Of a stretch of DNA of 64,000 bases, positions 50,890 to 63,650 are shown piece by piece. This DNA comes from Octopus bimaculoides (Eukaryota): the NCBI RefSeq assembly GCF_001194135.2, contig NC_068981.1:120569534-120633533 (forward strand). Direction: 5' to 3'. How positions within the stretch are numbered: position 1 is the stretch's first letter; each line of letters starts with the position of its first letter. Position numbers and translations under genes: made by a program. A model generated the notes under the pieces. The model was not told the DNA's origin, ran no database searches, and was given only the letters and a program-made list of their open reading frames with translations.

Positions 50890-51170
50890 TTCTTATACTT
50901 GTTTCAGTCATTTGACTGCGGGCATGTTGGAGCAATGCCTTTAGTCAAACAAATCAACTCCAGGACTTATTCTTTGGATGCATAGTACTTATTTTATCAG
51001 GCTCTTTTGGAGAACCGCTAAGTTACAAGAACGTAAACACACCAACACCTGTTGTCAAGTGATGGTGGTGGGGACAAACACACATGCACATAATTATGCA
51101 CACATCTGTATATATATGACGGGCTTCTTTCAGTTTCCGTCTACGAAACCCCCTATAAGGCTTTGTTTGG
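50890..51170 (-). mobile_element. SINE AB, head truncated
   Basis: cttgtttcagtcatttgactgcgggcatg...gggcttctttcagtttccgtctac. Confidence 0.82.
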
Positions 51171-51187
51171 TCTTATATATATAGATT

Positions 51188-51223
<36 letters not shown>

Positions 51224-51323
51224 NNNNNNNNNNNNNNNNNNNNNNNNNNNNNNNNNNNNNNNNNNNNNNNNNNNNNNNNNNNNNNNNNNNNNNNNNNNNN
51301 NNNNNNNNNNNNNNNNNNNNNNN

Positions 51324-51361
<38 letters not shown>

Positions 51362-51902
51362 TTATGTATATGTATATAAATATATATTTATGTATATGCA
51401 CATATACACAATCACCTTCTATGGAATAAAGTAAACATTAGTATAAGTAATTCATAGTCTATATTTGTTTGTTTGAGTCTCTTGGTTCATCTGTCCATCT
51501 GTCTTGTGAGATTTAGTAGTCAATAAAATCAATAATCATATGTTGCCCAGATTTTATTTATTCTGATATTGTACTTCTCATATAAATTATGTATTATGTT
51601 TATCAGAGAATTATAACTTGTTTTTTTTTTTCTCGATTTAAAGCCATATCTGTTCGTATATCTAATAATTGGAAGACCCACAAATTCAGGGTTTAATTCT
51701 ATCTTTTGACCTCCTAAGTATGTAATAATAGCCAGAGAAAGATTTTGATAACTGATATTTTAGTCTGAAGTATAATATCCAAATATTTAGAGGAGATTCT
51801 ATCAAATGTTTGTCCTTCTTATCTATAGTTTTTAATGTCATTATTTAATTGCATGTGAGCCCTGAGCCACGATCATCCAATCTCTATAGTGTAGCTAACC
51901 TT

Positions 51903-52305
51903 ATTTTTATCTTTTACTTTTTACTTGTTTCATTCATTGGACTGTGGCCATGCTGGGGCACTTCTTTGAAGGGTTTTTAGTCAAAACGAATCAACCCCAG
52001 CATGTAATTTTTTTTTAAGGCTTGTACTTATTCTAGTGGTCTCTTTTGCTGAACTACTAAGTTACAGAGACATAAACCAACACCAGTTGACAAGCACATA
52101 CACACATAGAGACAAACACATACACACACGCACACACATAAATATGGGCTTCTTTCAGTTTCTATCTACCAAATCCATTCATAAGTCATTGGTGGACCTG
52201 TGACTATAGTGGAAGACTCTTCTCCAAGGTGCCATGCCATGGGACTGAACCCAGAACTGTGTGATTGGGAAAGAAACATCTTACCACACAATCATGCTTA
52301 CACCT
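51903..52305 (-). mobile_element. SINE AB, full length
   Basis: Tail, body, (CA)n and head rc. Confidence 0.85.
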
Positions 52306-52669
52306 GTGCACTAATGTACACTTCCCTTTTTTGAAGACAGTACCTTTTACTTCATCTACATTATTTTATATCTAATATCTGCAGGGCTAACATATTGGAA
52401 AGCTGACCATGAGGTCCCAAGTTCAAATCTTACTCCAACCATGTATTGGTTAAATGCATTGCTGAGCTTACTCTAGTCAGTCTGCTTTTGTGAATATACA
52501 ATTTGGTAACTTTCCATTTACCAAATTTGTTTGTATGTAATGCACACTCCATTTTGGAGCAATGAAATGCAAGAGAAAATATATCTTGTACATAATACTC
52601 ACTATCTTTCCCTAAGAGTAATCTTTGAGTTATGTGGTGTAATTAAAAATAAAATGAACAATAACAGGG

Positions 52670-52895
52670 AATCATCATCATCATCATTTAATGTCTGTTT
52701 CCATGCTGGCATGGGTTGAACAGTTTGAATGAGCTGGCAAACCAGAGGACTGCATCAGGCTTCTCTGTTTTGGCATGGTTTTACAGCTGGATGCCCTTCC
52801 TAACACCAACCACCTTACAGAGTGGACCGAGTGCTTTTTTACATGGCATCAACACCAGTGAGGCCTGTTTTGGCATGGTTTTTACAGCCGGATGC
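52670..52895 (-). mobile_element. Family G copy
   Basis: (CAT)n, atttaatgtctgtttccatgctggcatgggtt, ctggatgcccttcctaacaccaac. Confidence 0.8.
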
Positions 52896-52950
52896 TGGAA
52901 TGTGTAAAAAAAAATTTGGTTTTTCTCAGTTGCTGAAATGAATAAACGCT

Positions 52951-53499
52951 TTAACCCTGGCCTAAATATTCAACCAGTTTTATGTTAAAACTGGCCACAA
53001 TGGTCTCTCACACATATCCTACAATGTTTATGTTAAAACTAGCCAGATCAAGTCTCTCACACCTACCCGACAATGTTCTTCAAAAAGTAAGCAATCACAT
53101 CATGAAAATGTCTTAGCTTCAAGATAATGCATGATTGATTCAAAACAATGTGAATAAAGCAACAGCTTGGGTTTCAGGGACCCACAGCTTTTTAATATTC
53201 TCCCAAAGACCCTGAGGAACATGCACAAAGTAGATGTAGGCGTTTTTAAATCAAAGCTGGACCTCTTCCTGTTGAGAGTCCCAGATGAACCTACCTCACG
53301 TCAAAAGGTGCAAATGAGGGTAGCTACATCAAACTCCATTCTTCACGAAGTGCCACATATTGGAGGAGGCTCTCAGTAATAACAGTGTAGCAAAACGGCG
53401 ATGCATCAGCATGGCCGCAGCTCTGAGCTGAAACTATAGAAGAAAAAAGAAAAAAAATAAGCATTTCATTTGAAAGTAATCTGAATGCTAAATGGTTAA
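52951..53499. mobile_element. piggyBac-type MITE interrupted by a LINE 3' end
   Basis: ttaaccc left end; aatgctaaatggttaa right end. Confidence 0.75.
53165..53460 (+). mobile_element. CR1/L2-group LINE 3' end with 3' UTR hairpin and A-rich tail
   Basis: GFRDPQLFNILPKTLRN..VFKSKLDLFLLRVPDEP..ATSNSILH; tail cagcatggccgcagctctgagctgaaac then GA/A-rich sequence. Confidence 0.8.
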
Positions 53500-53934
53500 A
53501 ATAGGGGACCTCTACATTACCTTCTAACTTTTAGAGTTTTGATTTTTCTTCTTTTTTTTATCTAAACCATTCCTTGGGTTATTAAATTTTGGATGTCGGA
53601 GATGTCATGTTATACTTCATTACCCTTTTTAATTTCGCTGGTCCTCCATTTATTAATTTCTTCTCTGAAAAATTTCAAGATAATTGTATTTTTGTGTACT
53701 TTTTTTGTAACAAGTTACTTCTTTTCTTAATAAGAAATATGTCTTACTTTCAGTAATGCCAGCTTACAAGTTAACTAAATGTTTTAATGATGGTATTGGG
53801 AAATGTAAACTTCATTTGATAACAAAATTACTTTTGAAACCAGTTATTTGTTTTGGTGAAGTGTTGTCACAGGAAAAAATAATGTTTTAGTAAGGATTTT
53901 TATAAACTCCTCTTGTAAAACTCTTTTATTTGTC

Positions 53935-54553
53935 TTTTCTTTTATTTCTTACTTGTTTCAGTCATTGGACTGTGGTTATACTGGGATACCCCAGTTCTTA
54001 GTTCATTAAGCTTTGTACTTATTCTATTGGTTTCTTTTGTTGAACTGGTAAGTTACAAGGATGTAAACAAACTAGTACCAGTTGTCAAGGAGTGGTGCAG
54101 TGTAAATGAAGACTCTTACACACATGGAGACACTTACACACACACACACACAGATTTATACATAAATGGTGGGATTTTTTCAGTTGCTGTCTACCAAATC
54201 CACTCACAAGGCTGTAGTAGGAGGCACTTGCTGGGTGTGTCATGCAGTGGGACTGAACCTGGAACTATGTGGTTGTAAAGCAAGCCTCTTACTACTTGCC
54301 ACACAGCCACACTTTCCTCCCTCCCTGGGTTTGTCGAATTACAAGCTACATGATGACCTCAATAGTACTGGTGCCACAAAAAAAGCACCCAGTGTTCCCT
54401 GTAAAGTGGTTAGCATAAGAAAGGGCATCCAATTGTAGAAACCATACCAAAGCAGACACTAGAGCATGATGCAGTCCTTGACTCATAAGATCCTTGTCAA
54501 ACCAACCAACCCACCCATGCTAGCATGGAACAAGTATGTTAAATGATGATGAT
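53935..54553. mobile_element. SINE AB (53935-54310, minus) followed by a family G copy (54365-54553, plus)
   Basis: Family motifs as above. Confidence 0.8.
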
Positions 54554-54979
54554 ATACATATATATTATATACAATATATAAAGCAGTGCTGAAAAGTTCC
54601 TGGCTTTGAGTAAAAAAATATACACGAGGATCAGTTTATTATGAGTTTATCCAACATATTCCCCTCTCAGATTCACACACTTATTATAATTATTATTTCT
54701 CTTTTTTTTTTTTATAAAATCAATGAGATTTTGATTATGATATATTGCCTATTAGTACATGTTGTCACTGGGGAAAATATGTTGTAGTGATGATTGCTGT
54801 AAAACCCTTCCAATTCCTCTATTTTGATTTCTCTAACATAAGCAGTCTTTGGTTTTTGATATTTTAAACATCAGTCATTTAGGATCTGGCAGATCATTTT
54901 TAATTAACTAAATATTAATTACACATAATCTTAAAATTAATTAATAAAATATAAGAAAATATTTTATACAAATTGTATT

Positions 54980-55640
54980 GTGCAGGCATGGCTAAGCACT
55001 CTCAAAGCTGTGTAATAAGTTTACTCCACAACCACATGGTTCTGGGTTCAGTGCCATTGCACGGCACACTGGGCAATTGTTTTTACTATAGCCCCTGGCT
55101 TGCCAAAGCCTTGTGAGTGGATTTGGTAAATGGAAATCAAATGAAGCCTGTTGTATATATATATATAATGAATGCTCAGCACTGCATTAGTGGATAAAAT
55201 TTGTTTATTTGTGGATTAAGGCTACCATTTATTTCATGTTAAAAACAATATCTTAATATCCTAACAATTTTTCAACCCAATCACATGTGTTCATCTCCAT
55301 TTTGGATGGAGATGAACACCACCATTCCTCCATGTGATTGGCTTGAAAAATTATGATATTAACATATTTTTCTTAACATGAAACCGATGGTAGCCTTAAT
55401 ACACAAATATATGTGTGTGCGTGTGTGTATGTGTGTGTGTGTGTGTGTCCCAAAGCATCATTTGACAACTGGTGCTGGTTTGCTGGACTACAAAAAAAAA
55501 AAAGAAAGAGAGATTGATAAAATAGCTATCAGGCTTAAAAATACTACTTAGGTGAATTTGTTTGACTAAAATCCTGCAAAGTAGTACCCCAGCATGGCTG
55601 CAATCCAGGAAGAGAAACAAGTAAAAAATAAAGATGAAAG
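54980..55640 (+). mobile_element. SINE AB split by a palindromic MITE in its internal microsatellite
   Basis: Head at 54980-55155; body/tail at 55430-55640. Confidence 0.75.
55168..55410. mobile_element. Palindromic MITE with a 14-bp central hairpin; a right-half copy lies at 57770-57912
   Basis: attaaggctaccat / atggtagccttaat; central gtgttcatctccat-tttgg-atggagatgaacac. Confidence 0.8.
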
Positions 55641-56124
55641 ATAAATTATTAAACTAGTTCAACGCATTAAACAATATATGTATTGGAACACTGAAGTAAC
55701 AGGTTATTGAACACAAATTAATTTTCAGAACTCTATGTTCTTATAACAGTGCATGTAAATAAAGGACGTAACTGTGTTTGAACAGAAACTTAGTACATTT
55801 TGTCATTTTGCTATTTCTGTTTTGGTTTCACATTTTACTTCTGAGTTGATAGTGCTTCAGAGTTAGTAAAAGAACTATGAGCATTGCAATTTTATGGGTG
55901 CACTTATGAAGCATAATGAATATTTTAATGTATTATTACTATTCATAGAAAGACGTAACATTGTAGTGATTTAAACTTTTCATTACATATCAATAAGCTT
56001 GGACACTAGATTTAACTTATGCCATCCAAAATATAACTACACACTTAGAATCAGAAAATGAGTAATACTTGGTTCTCATGTATAATGTGTGCTCATAGTT
56101 TTTAAGTTTAGAAATCAACACCAT

Positions 56125-56335
56125 CATCATTTAACATACATTTCCTATACTGGTATGGGTTGGATGGTTTGACAGGAGCTGACCAGCTTAAGAGCTGTTC
56201 AGGCTCTATATCTCTTTTGGCATGGTTTCCTACAGCTGGATGCCCTTCCTAATGCCAGCCACTTTACAGAGTGTACTGGATGTTTTTATGTTGCACTGGC
56301 ACAGGTTCTTTTTATGTTACACCAGCACGTACAAG
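56125..56335 (-). mobile_element. Family G copy
   Basis: ctacagctggatgcccttcctaatgccagccac. Confidence 0.78.
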
Positions 56336-57949
56336 GCTGCAAGAGTAGTGATGCTCAGCTAGAGAGGGTTGCAGGGGATTAGCCTGTATGCAAGGGCAAT
56401 TAAGTAAAAGCAATGCTTTTACTTAGTTTGATGTATCTTTATAAGCACTGCAAATTGCCAGGAGTCTCGGTCCTCCTCCTTCCCCTCTGTGAGTGCCAGC
56501 ATCTGTAGAAATCTTCAAAAAATATTTGAAAATAGAGACAATATATGTGAATAATTGAAGTTCAATGGATTTGCAAACATTCCTAGTACTATGTGTATGC
56601 TAAAGAAGGCTGGTTGGTTATCAGTCTCTTACTAGAGCTTTCATACAATTCCCAGTGTTAAAGCTATCATTAACTTTTACAAATTAATATGTGTAACTGT
56701 GTGAAACCAGTGGCGTAGTATTAATCTTGTAGTTATCCACTACCATTGACATACATACACGTGCACATACATATTTTCACAAACTCTATGTACTGGAAAT
56801 GTGTGTGTGTTATTTGCTTTGAATGTAACTATACATATATTCACAAGCATTCTTCATTATCATCAGCATCTTCATTTAATGTTCTGGTGTGGAGTGGATA
56901 GTTTGAAAGGGTCCAACAGGACCAAGGACTGTATTGTGCTCCACTGTCTACTATGACTTGTTTTCTGTGACTGGATACTCTCACTAACACAGTTTTGACA
57001 TGTCATACAATCAACACTTCACTTTGTTACCAGCAGCATTAGAATGTCCATGAAATTTTTCCAATCTGTTCTTACTCTAGCTATTCTACTCTTGGAGCAT
57101 CCACCTCCTCTGCTATTTATGTTTCCAATTTAACAAAAGCTATTGGCTACTTCTAGTGAACCACCAGAGCATTTAATAGTCTATTTCTGGATTGCTTTTA
57201 GTACATAATGCTCCAGTGCACCTGTCACATATGAAGCATACTTTTTCTGCTACTCTACCTGTGATTTCACATCATCTCTTTTGTGTCTATTGCTTACATT
57301 GGGTAGAGTATGTGGAGTTTATATCTATTCTTTCCCTCCATATCAAGCAAGGCCATATCCCTGAAGATACCAGTGTCCTGTCTTCTTTTCTACTTTATAA
57401 AACCTTCATCTCGCTAAGTTTACTTTGAGTCCTCTCAATTCTAGGTTTAGCTTCCATGCCTGGAATTTCCTCTCTAATTTTCATATAGATTCATCTACGA
57501 GAACTAGATCATCAACATATAGGAGTTTCCATGGACCTCCAGTCTTAAACGTCTCTGTAGAATTGGCCTGGTGGGTTGGATTTTGGGCTCATGATCATAA
57601 GGTCGGGGTTGAATTCCTAGAGCAGGTAGCATGTTGTGTCCTTTATGTTATGTTGCTTCATTCTACTTAGCTCAAAATGAATACCAGCTGGGTGCTGGTG
57701 TTCCTCTCTTTCTCTCTAGCTGTCATAAAACAATTCGTGCATGCTGCTAAGTTATACTTACGAGTGTTGGCTATGGAGACAAACACCGTTCCTCCATGTG
57801 ATCAGCTTGAAAAATTGTTAGGATATTAAGATATTTTTCTTAATGTGAAATCAATGGTAGCCTTAATACACAGATAGATTTTGTCCACCAATATGGTGTT
57901 GAGCACTCATTCTTATTGTTTGGCATTTACATGTATATATATATATATA

Positions 57950-58436
57950 ATGCGAGGGAGTTAGGGGTTGAGGGTTCATCCCACTAAGGGATAGTATCTA
58001 TCCAGTATACTGCTGGAAGGGTACCCAATTATTGCTACACTAGTGTTATACCAAGTGCAATCAATGGGAGCGGGTAAAAGTGGAGGTTTTACCCCAAATT
58101 TGTATATCGATTAAAAAATGGAGGATAATATGCTGAACCCAACTACTTGCAGACAGTGTATCCCGTTGAATTCATTAATTTAATTCATAGCTAAAGTGAC
58201 AACAGGACCAAGGACTGCATTGTGCTCCATTGTCTACTATGGCATGTTTTCTGTGACTGGATACTCTCTCTAACACAGTTTTAACATGTCATACTTCTAT
58301 ATGTAAACCCGGTTGGCAAAATAACATGGTTTGTCATAAACACCTGTACTTTGGGTTTTTTCTTTTTTTGTCACTTTAGCTATTAAATTAATGAATTCAA
58401 CGGGATACACTGTCTGCAAGTAGTTGGGTTCAGCAT
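57950..58436. mobile_element. Inverted-repeat element enclosing a copy of nearby sequence; right arm runs into a gap
   Basis: 58130-58201 is the rc of 58369-58436 except for a 4-nt indel; internal 58200-58294 matches 56914-57008 at 89 of 95 positions. Confidence 0.7.
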
Positions 58437-58701
58437 NNNNNNNNNNNNNNNNNNNNNNNNNNNNNNNNNNNNNNNNNNNNNNNNNNNNNNNNNNNNNNNN
58501 NNNNNNNNNNNNNNNNNNNNNNNNNNNNNNNNNNNNNNNNNNNNNNNNNNNNNNNNNNNNNNNNNNNNNNNNNNNNNNNNNNNNNNNNNNNNNNNNNNNN
58601 NNNNNNNNNNNNNNNNNNNNNNNNNNNNNNNNNNNNNNNNNNNNNNNNNNNNNNNNNNNNNNNNNNNNNNNNNNNNNNNNNNNNNNNNNNNNNNNNNNNN
58701 N

Positions 58702-59460
58702 TGATTTTGATTTTGTTAACTATACAGTACAGTAGGGTCAGTTGGGCACCATCTGTGAGAGAAACAGCACCATGACACAATTCACTCTGCCAGAAATTTG
58801 GAAACGACATGCTGTACATTCATGCCGAAAACAACAATACAAACATGTACTGAGAGTGATAAAAATCAAGCATCCAGTCAAAATCATGGTGTTTGGAGTG
58901 ATCACTAGTGATGGCAGCGTTATGCCTCCATTCATCTTCCCACATGGCCTCAGACTCAAAACAGAGGTCTACATCAAGTGCTTGCAGGAGATAGTGCTGA
59001 CCTGGGTCAAGAGGGTGGCTGCTGGAAGACCCTTTGTCTGGTAACAGGACTGCACCATGTCACAAAAGCAGAAGAACCTAGTTTTGGCTGTCAGGCAATT
59101 TTTGCCACCATATCACCCCTAACATCTGGCCACCTAACTTCCCAGACTGCAACCCCTGTGTGGGCTGCAGTTGAGTGAGAGACCATCAAGACTCCTTGTA
59201 ACATCAAAGATGAACTGAAGGATTATGGCAGCATTCATCAACTTACAACAAAGTGACCATCCAGAAGAGTTGCAGGAGATGCCAAAGTTGTCTGGAGGCT
59301 ATGGTTGAAGTGAATGGCAATTTTATTGAATAAATTTACTCTTTAGTATTTGAAGATATTTTTATGTAATTTTAATAAATATATCTGTTAAAATGAGATG
59401 TCAGTGTTATTTTCACTTTTGCGTAATTTAGACAACAGTTTATTCACTGCATCCTGTATG
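58702..59460 (+). mobile_element. maT/DD37D-like Tc1/mariner transposon, internally deleted and degenerate
   Basis: KHPVKIMVFGVITSDG..PFIFPHGLRL..YIKCL..PFVW*QD..PCH..IWPPNFPDCNP; right end gtttattcactgcatcctgta. Confidence 0.85.
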
Positions 59461-61384
59461 TATGTATATATGTATGTATGCATGTACGTACGTAAAATTG
59501 CAATGGGAACAGGCATAAATACATTTAGAGAATAAATGGTTAAACTCTTGGATTAATAGTGATAAATGAAATTTGCATATGAACAAATGATAGTGGGGAA
59601 GGGCAAAATTGATTAAAACTACCTTAGAGCATGGTTGGCCATTATTTTGTTGATTCCTGTCTCCTCATATGATTTGGATTCAGAATGATAAGAAGCATAT
59701 CTAAATATCAACAGTTATTTCATTCAACACTCTGTTATTTCTGCTTCTCACTGCTTGCTATTAGAGTAACAATTCATCCAAAGGCAAATCATCTGAAATT
59801 GTTACTTACATTAAATTGTGTCTTTAAGAAATAAACCACGTCAATCTATGCAGCTGATTGGAGTTATTATACTTGATAATAAGGAAAGGATAATAATAGT
59901 TCAATGACTAATATTAATTAAATCTTGTATAGACAAGCAACACATGTTTCAGTTTTGTTATACTTCCTCAACAAAGCATAATCTTCTATGTACTTGCCAG
60001 ATTAGTAACGAAAGAATGACTCTATACACTGATGTGAATTAATTACTCAAGCATCAAAGATCATAATGTCTGGGGAAGATATTTTGTTCTACTGACATAT
60101 CAAAATCTAAAGGTTGGTCAATTTTACAAAGGGTCTGTTTATCTGTCTTTGAAATATCTGCCTTGAAAGATTTGTATAAAGTACCTGAATCTGCAGAACA
60201 TGGTAGTTTGTTGAAGAAAAATAAAATGTGAAGAAATTAAAGAAGGGAAAATATTTAGTTGGCATTAATTCTCTCATAAAAATTCTACATTGCTCATGTT
60301 CTGATGAAAATATAGCCTTAGAATCATTGTTGGCTTAGGTTACAAACAACAACTACATCTACAACAACAACAACATCTTGACTGATAAAGTTGGAAATAG
60401 ATAAAACAACATATAATAAATCAGGTAAGGAGACTAAAATCAAAACTATTGATCCATATCAATACAGAAACAGTATTTTTTTTTCAGATGTAGTCTTATC
60501 AATATGCAAATCACTTTAATCATCTCAGAATTTGTATTTTTGTTCTTGATGACTTCACTATACATAGATTCCCTGGGATTTATTGTTTCCGCCTATTGTT
60601 GCCCTTCTGTAAATCCATAACCATGTGTTTGCTGTTACTAATGATCTCTCTAAATTATTTCTTCTGATTAGTAAGGTATTCTCCTGACACATATCACAAC
60701 ATCTCAAGAGAGCTACCTAAACTGTTTATTTTACTTTTTATACATGAGCAGCTCATTAACTTTTGTAGTCATTCATCTGCCTCTTTTATCTTCAGAATCA
60801 GTCATCATTGCAAGTAGTTCTCGTGTGTGTGTGTGTATATGTATATATACATATATTTAATTTACACTACCATTTGATTGATTGTATACACTCAATGAAT
60901 ACGTTGAATCATTGTTTCTTCTCTCAAAGTGATAACATCTAACTAATGTTTATTTATTAACACCTGCAACAATTCAAAACATAATTCTCAGTCTCTTGTG
61001 AAATAATGTCTCTTTAAACTGCTGATCATCTTTTATTTTGCTTAATGAACTTTTGCCATCATTATTACATCATATAGACATTGCCAATGTCACGTACTTA
61101 ATGTATGTGTCTTGCTTATGTGGGTTTTGTCCAGGGACGTCCCTTTAAGAAGTCAAGTGTTAAAAAACATTGAAAACTTTGAATCAAGTGAAACAAATCT
61201 TGCTGTTGGTGAATGAGTGAAATGGGAATATATGTTTTGTCTAGCTTGAAGTATTTGATGGTTTTTTTTAATACTCAACATCTTAAAGGGACATTTCCCT
61301 TGACAAAATCTCACAGCCAGAAAGCATATAAACAAAACACATTAAGTATGTGATGTTGGTAATGTTTGCATTATTAGACCTGTT

Positions 61385-61570
61385 TCATCATCGTCAACAT
61401 CAACATTTAGTGTCCGTTTTCTATGCTGGAGGGTGTTGGACAGCTTGACAGGAACTGGCAAAGCCAGTGACTGCACCATGTTCCATAGTCTGTTTTGGTT
61501 TGGTTTCTATGGCTGGATGCCCTCTCTAACACAAACCACTTTACAGAGTGTATTGGATGCTTGTTATTGG
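61385..61570 (-). mobile_element. Family G copy
   Basis: ggtttctatggctggatgccctctctaacacaaaccactttacagagtg. Confidence 0.75.
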
Positions 61571-62181
61571 CTCCATCTAATTCAAAATTTAATTTTATAT
61601 CATATAAATAATATTGCTCATTAAATACTTTCTTAAGGTTTCTTCCAGAGCTGTGAATATTTCTTGGAAACTTGGACATGAAAATCTTTTGAGTTGGCTA
61701 ACTAAATCTATAACACCTCATCATTTAACATTCATTGAATCAATGAACAGAGATCTGTGTAGTAAGATGGAATCTTTGAACTTCTCTGCATTAAGATCTG
61801 AAATGTAAAATCTCTACCCTGATGATGGAGGCTTGTCTTATCCTATGTTGATTGCATCTATTACGGCTGCATATTGAAATGAACTACATCTACCAACATT
61901 ATGGATCTCCAAGCCTCCAGAAACAGCTGTTGGACTTATAACACCCTTCTTCCTCCCCTTTAATTTTCTCTGTCTTTTGTATTCTGTGTAAGTTGGATCT
62001 GTTAATATAAATATTTTACATTGTACTTAGATATTCAATGTCTGAAAGTCTCCACTTTTTGCTTCTCTCATTTTTCATGTATACATATATACATATTTTG
62101 TTTCATGCCCCAACTATTATATCATATCTAATATATCCAATTTGTTTATCTGCATCATTGCCTATATATATATATATATAC

Positions 62182-62231
<50 letters not shown>

Positions 62232-62672
62232 AAACATATTCTTTTCCATTTAGCATGACTTCCATGCACATTCAGTTTTTCAATAGTTGCTTAAAGATTC
62301 TTCAGAGTAATGAAACAGAATTGTTGTCTTTTAGTCCTGTGATCAAAGGCATTGTAGCTGTAATCAGTCCTTCTTTTCTTTTCATGTATATTTTATCTGA
62401 GAGTATTTTCTCCTGTAGGTCCCTTAAAACATGCACGCGTGAATGTGATTTTTAAAAAAATGATGTGATCGAGAGAGATTTGTCTACCATTGCCAGCAGT
62501 TGAACTGGCTATATATAGGCTCCCTTGTTGCGTTGTGAATGATTATGTTTAACTTTAACATTCAACAACACTGTAAAGATCAGATGTAAAGACATCAAAT
62601 GGTGCATCCACAAATCACATAGAAAGTCTCACGTTTATATCTATCATCATAAATGTTATGTATGCCAAAATA

Positions 62673-62872
62673 TTAACCCTTTAGCATGCAAGTTACTCTG
62701 TTAACTGTGTTGCTTATTTATTCATATTGTTTTGAGATTTTGATTTGATTGTTTAGTTTTAGAATAACATTATATGGTAGGTGTGTGAACCAAGCAAGAT
62801 TTGACCAGTTTGAACATGGAACAGATAAAATATTTGAGCCAGATATGACTGGTTTAAATGCTAATGGGTTAA
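62673..62872. mobile_element. Complete piggyBac-type MITE
   Basis: TTAA-ccctttagcat ... atgctaatggg-TTAA. Confidence 0.85.
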
Positions 62873-62924
62873 AAAGTTAAAGAAACTTTTAGACATTTTC
62901 CCAGTTTTTTTCTTTGTGAAACGT

Positions 62925-63110
62925 AAAACATACCCAGTGCACTCTGTAAAGTGGTTGGTGTTAGGAAGGGCATACAGCTGTAGAAACCATGCCACAATAG
63001 ACAATTAATGTCTGGATAGCTTCCTGACTGGCCAGCTCTTGTCAAACTGTCCAGTACATGCTAGTGTGGAAAATAAATGTTAAACAAGAAGGATGATGAT
63101 GATGATGATT
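62925..63110 (+). mobile_element. Family G copy
   Basis: gtggttggtgttaggaagggcatacagctgtagaaac...gttaaacaagaaggatgatgat. Confidence 0.78.
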
Positions 63111-63650
63111 ATCATATATGTTTATTCGAAAAACAAAAACATGACAGTTTGTAAAATACTGGACCAATTGTTTATATAACTGAGTGTCCCTTCCTTTTAC
63201 TGATCACTAATTAAAAAGTAGTGGTGGTAGAACCAGTTGTTGGATTGTGATATTCAAGCAAGCAGAGAGGTGTGCTGTCTTTGTTCAGGAATTTAGTATA
63301 ATGGTTTTGCATTTAAATTTGGATCATAACTCAATTTTCTGAAACTTTTTGCAAGATATTCTAAAATTTTCATTATACAACCTCTTTATATATTTCTTTA
63401 ACTCATTAATATAATGATTGCAGCAATGGAATTTTTTTTTTCTGCATGATGGATGAACGTATCGTAAAGGAGGCATGCAGTTGCATAGCAGTGAAATCTT
63501 GTTAATGAGGTCGTGCTATAAATGCTAGAAAACAAATTTAGTGGAGAAAAGTGTTGTATTTAGATGACGGGAAAGTTATATGGCTAAGAAGTTTGCTTTG
63601 CAAATGCATGCAAGTCCACTGCATGAGATTTTGAGAAATGTCTTATATCT

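Noticed and set aside
62505-62525. ggctatatataggc, a TATA-like palindrome
   Set aside because: Expected by chance in TA-rich DNA; no supporting initiator or exon evidence
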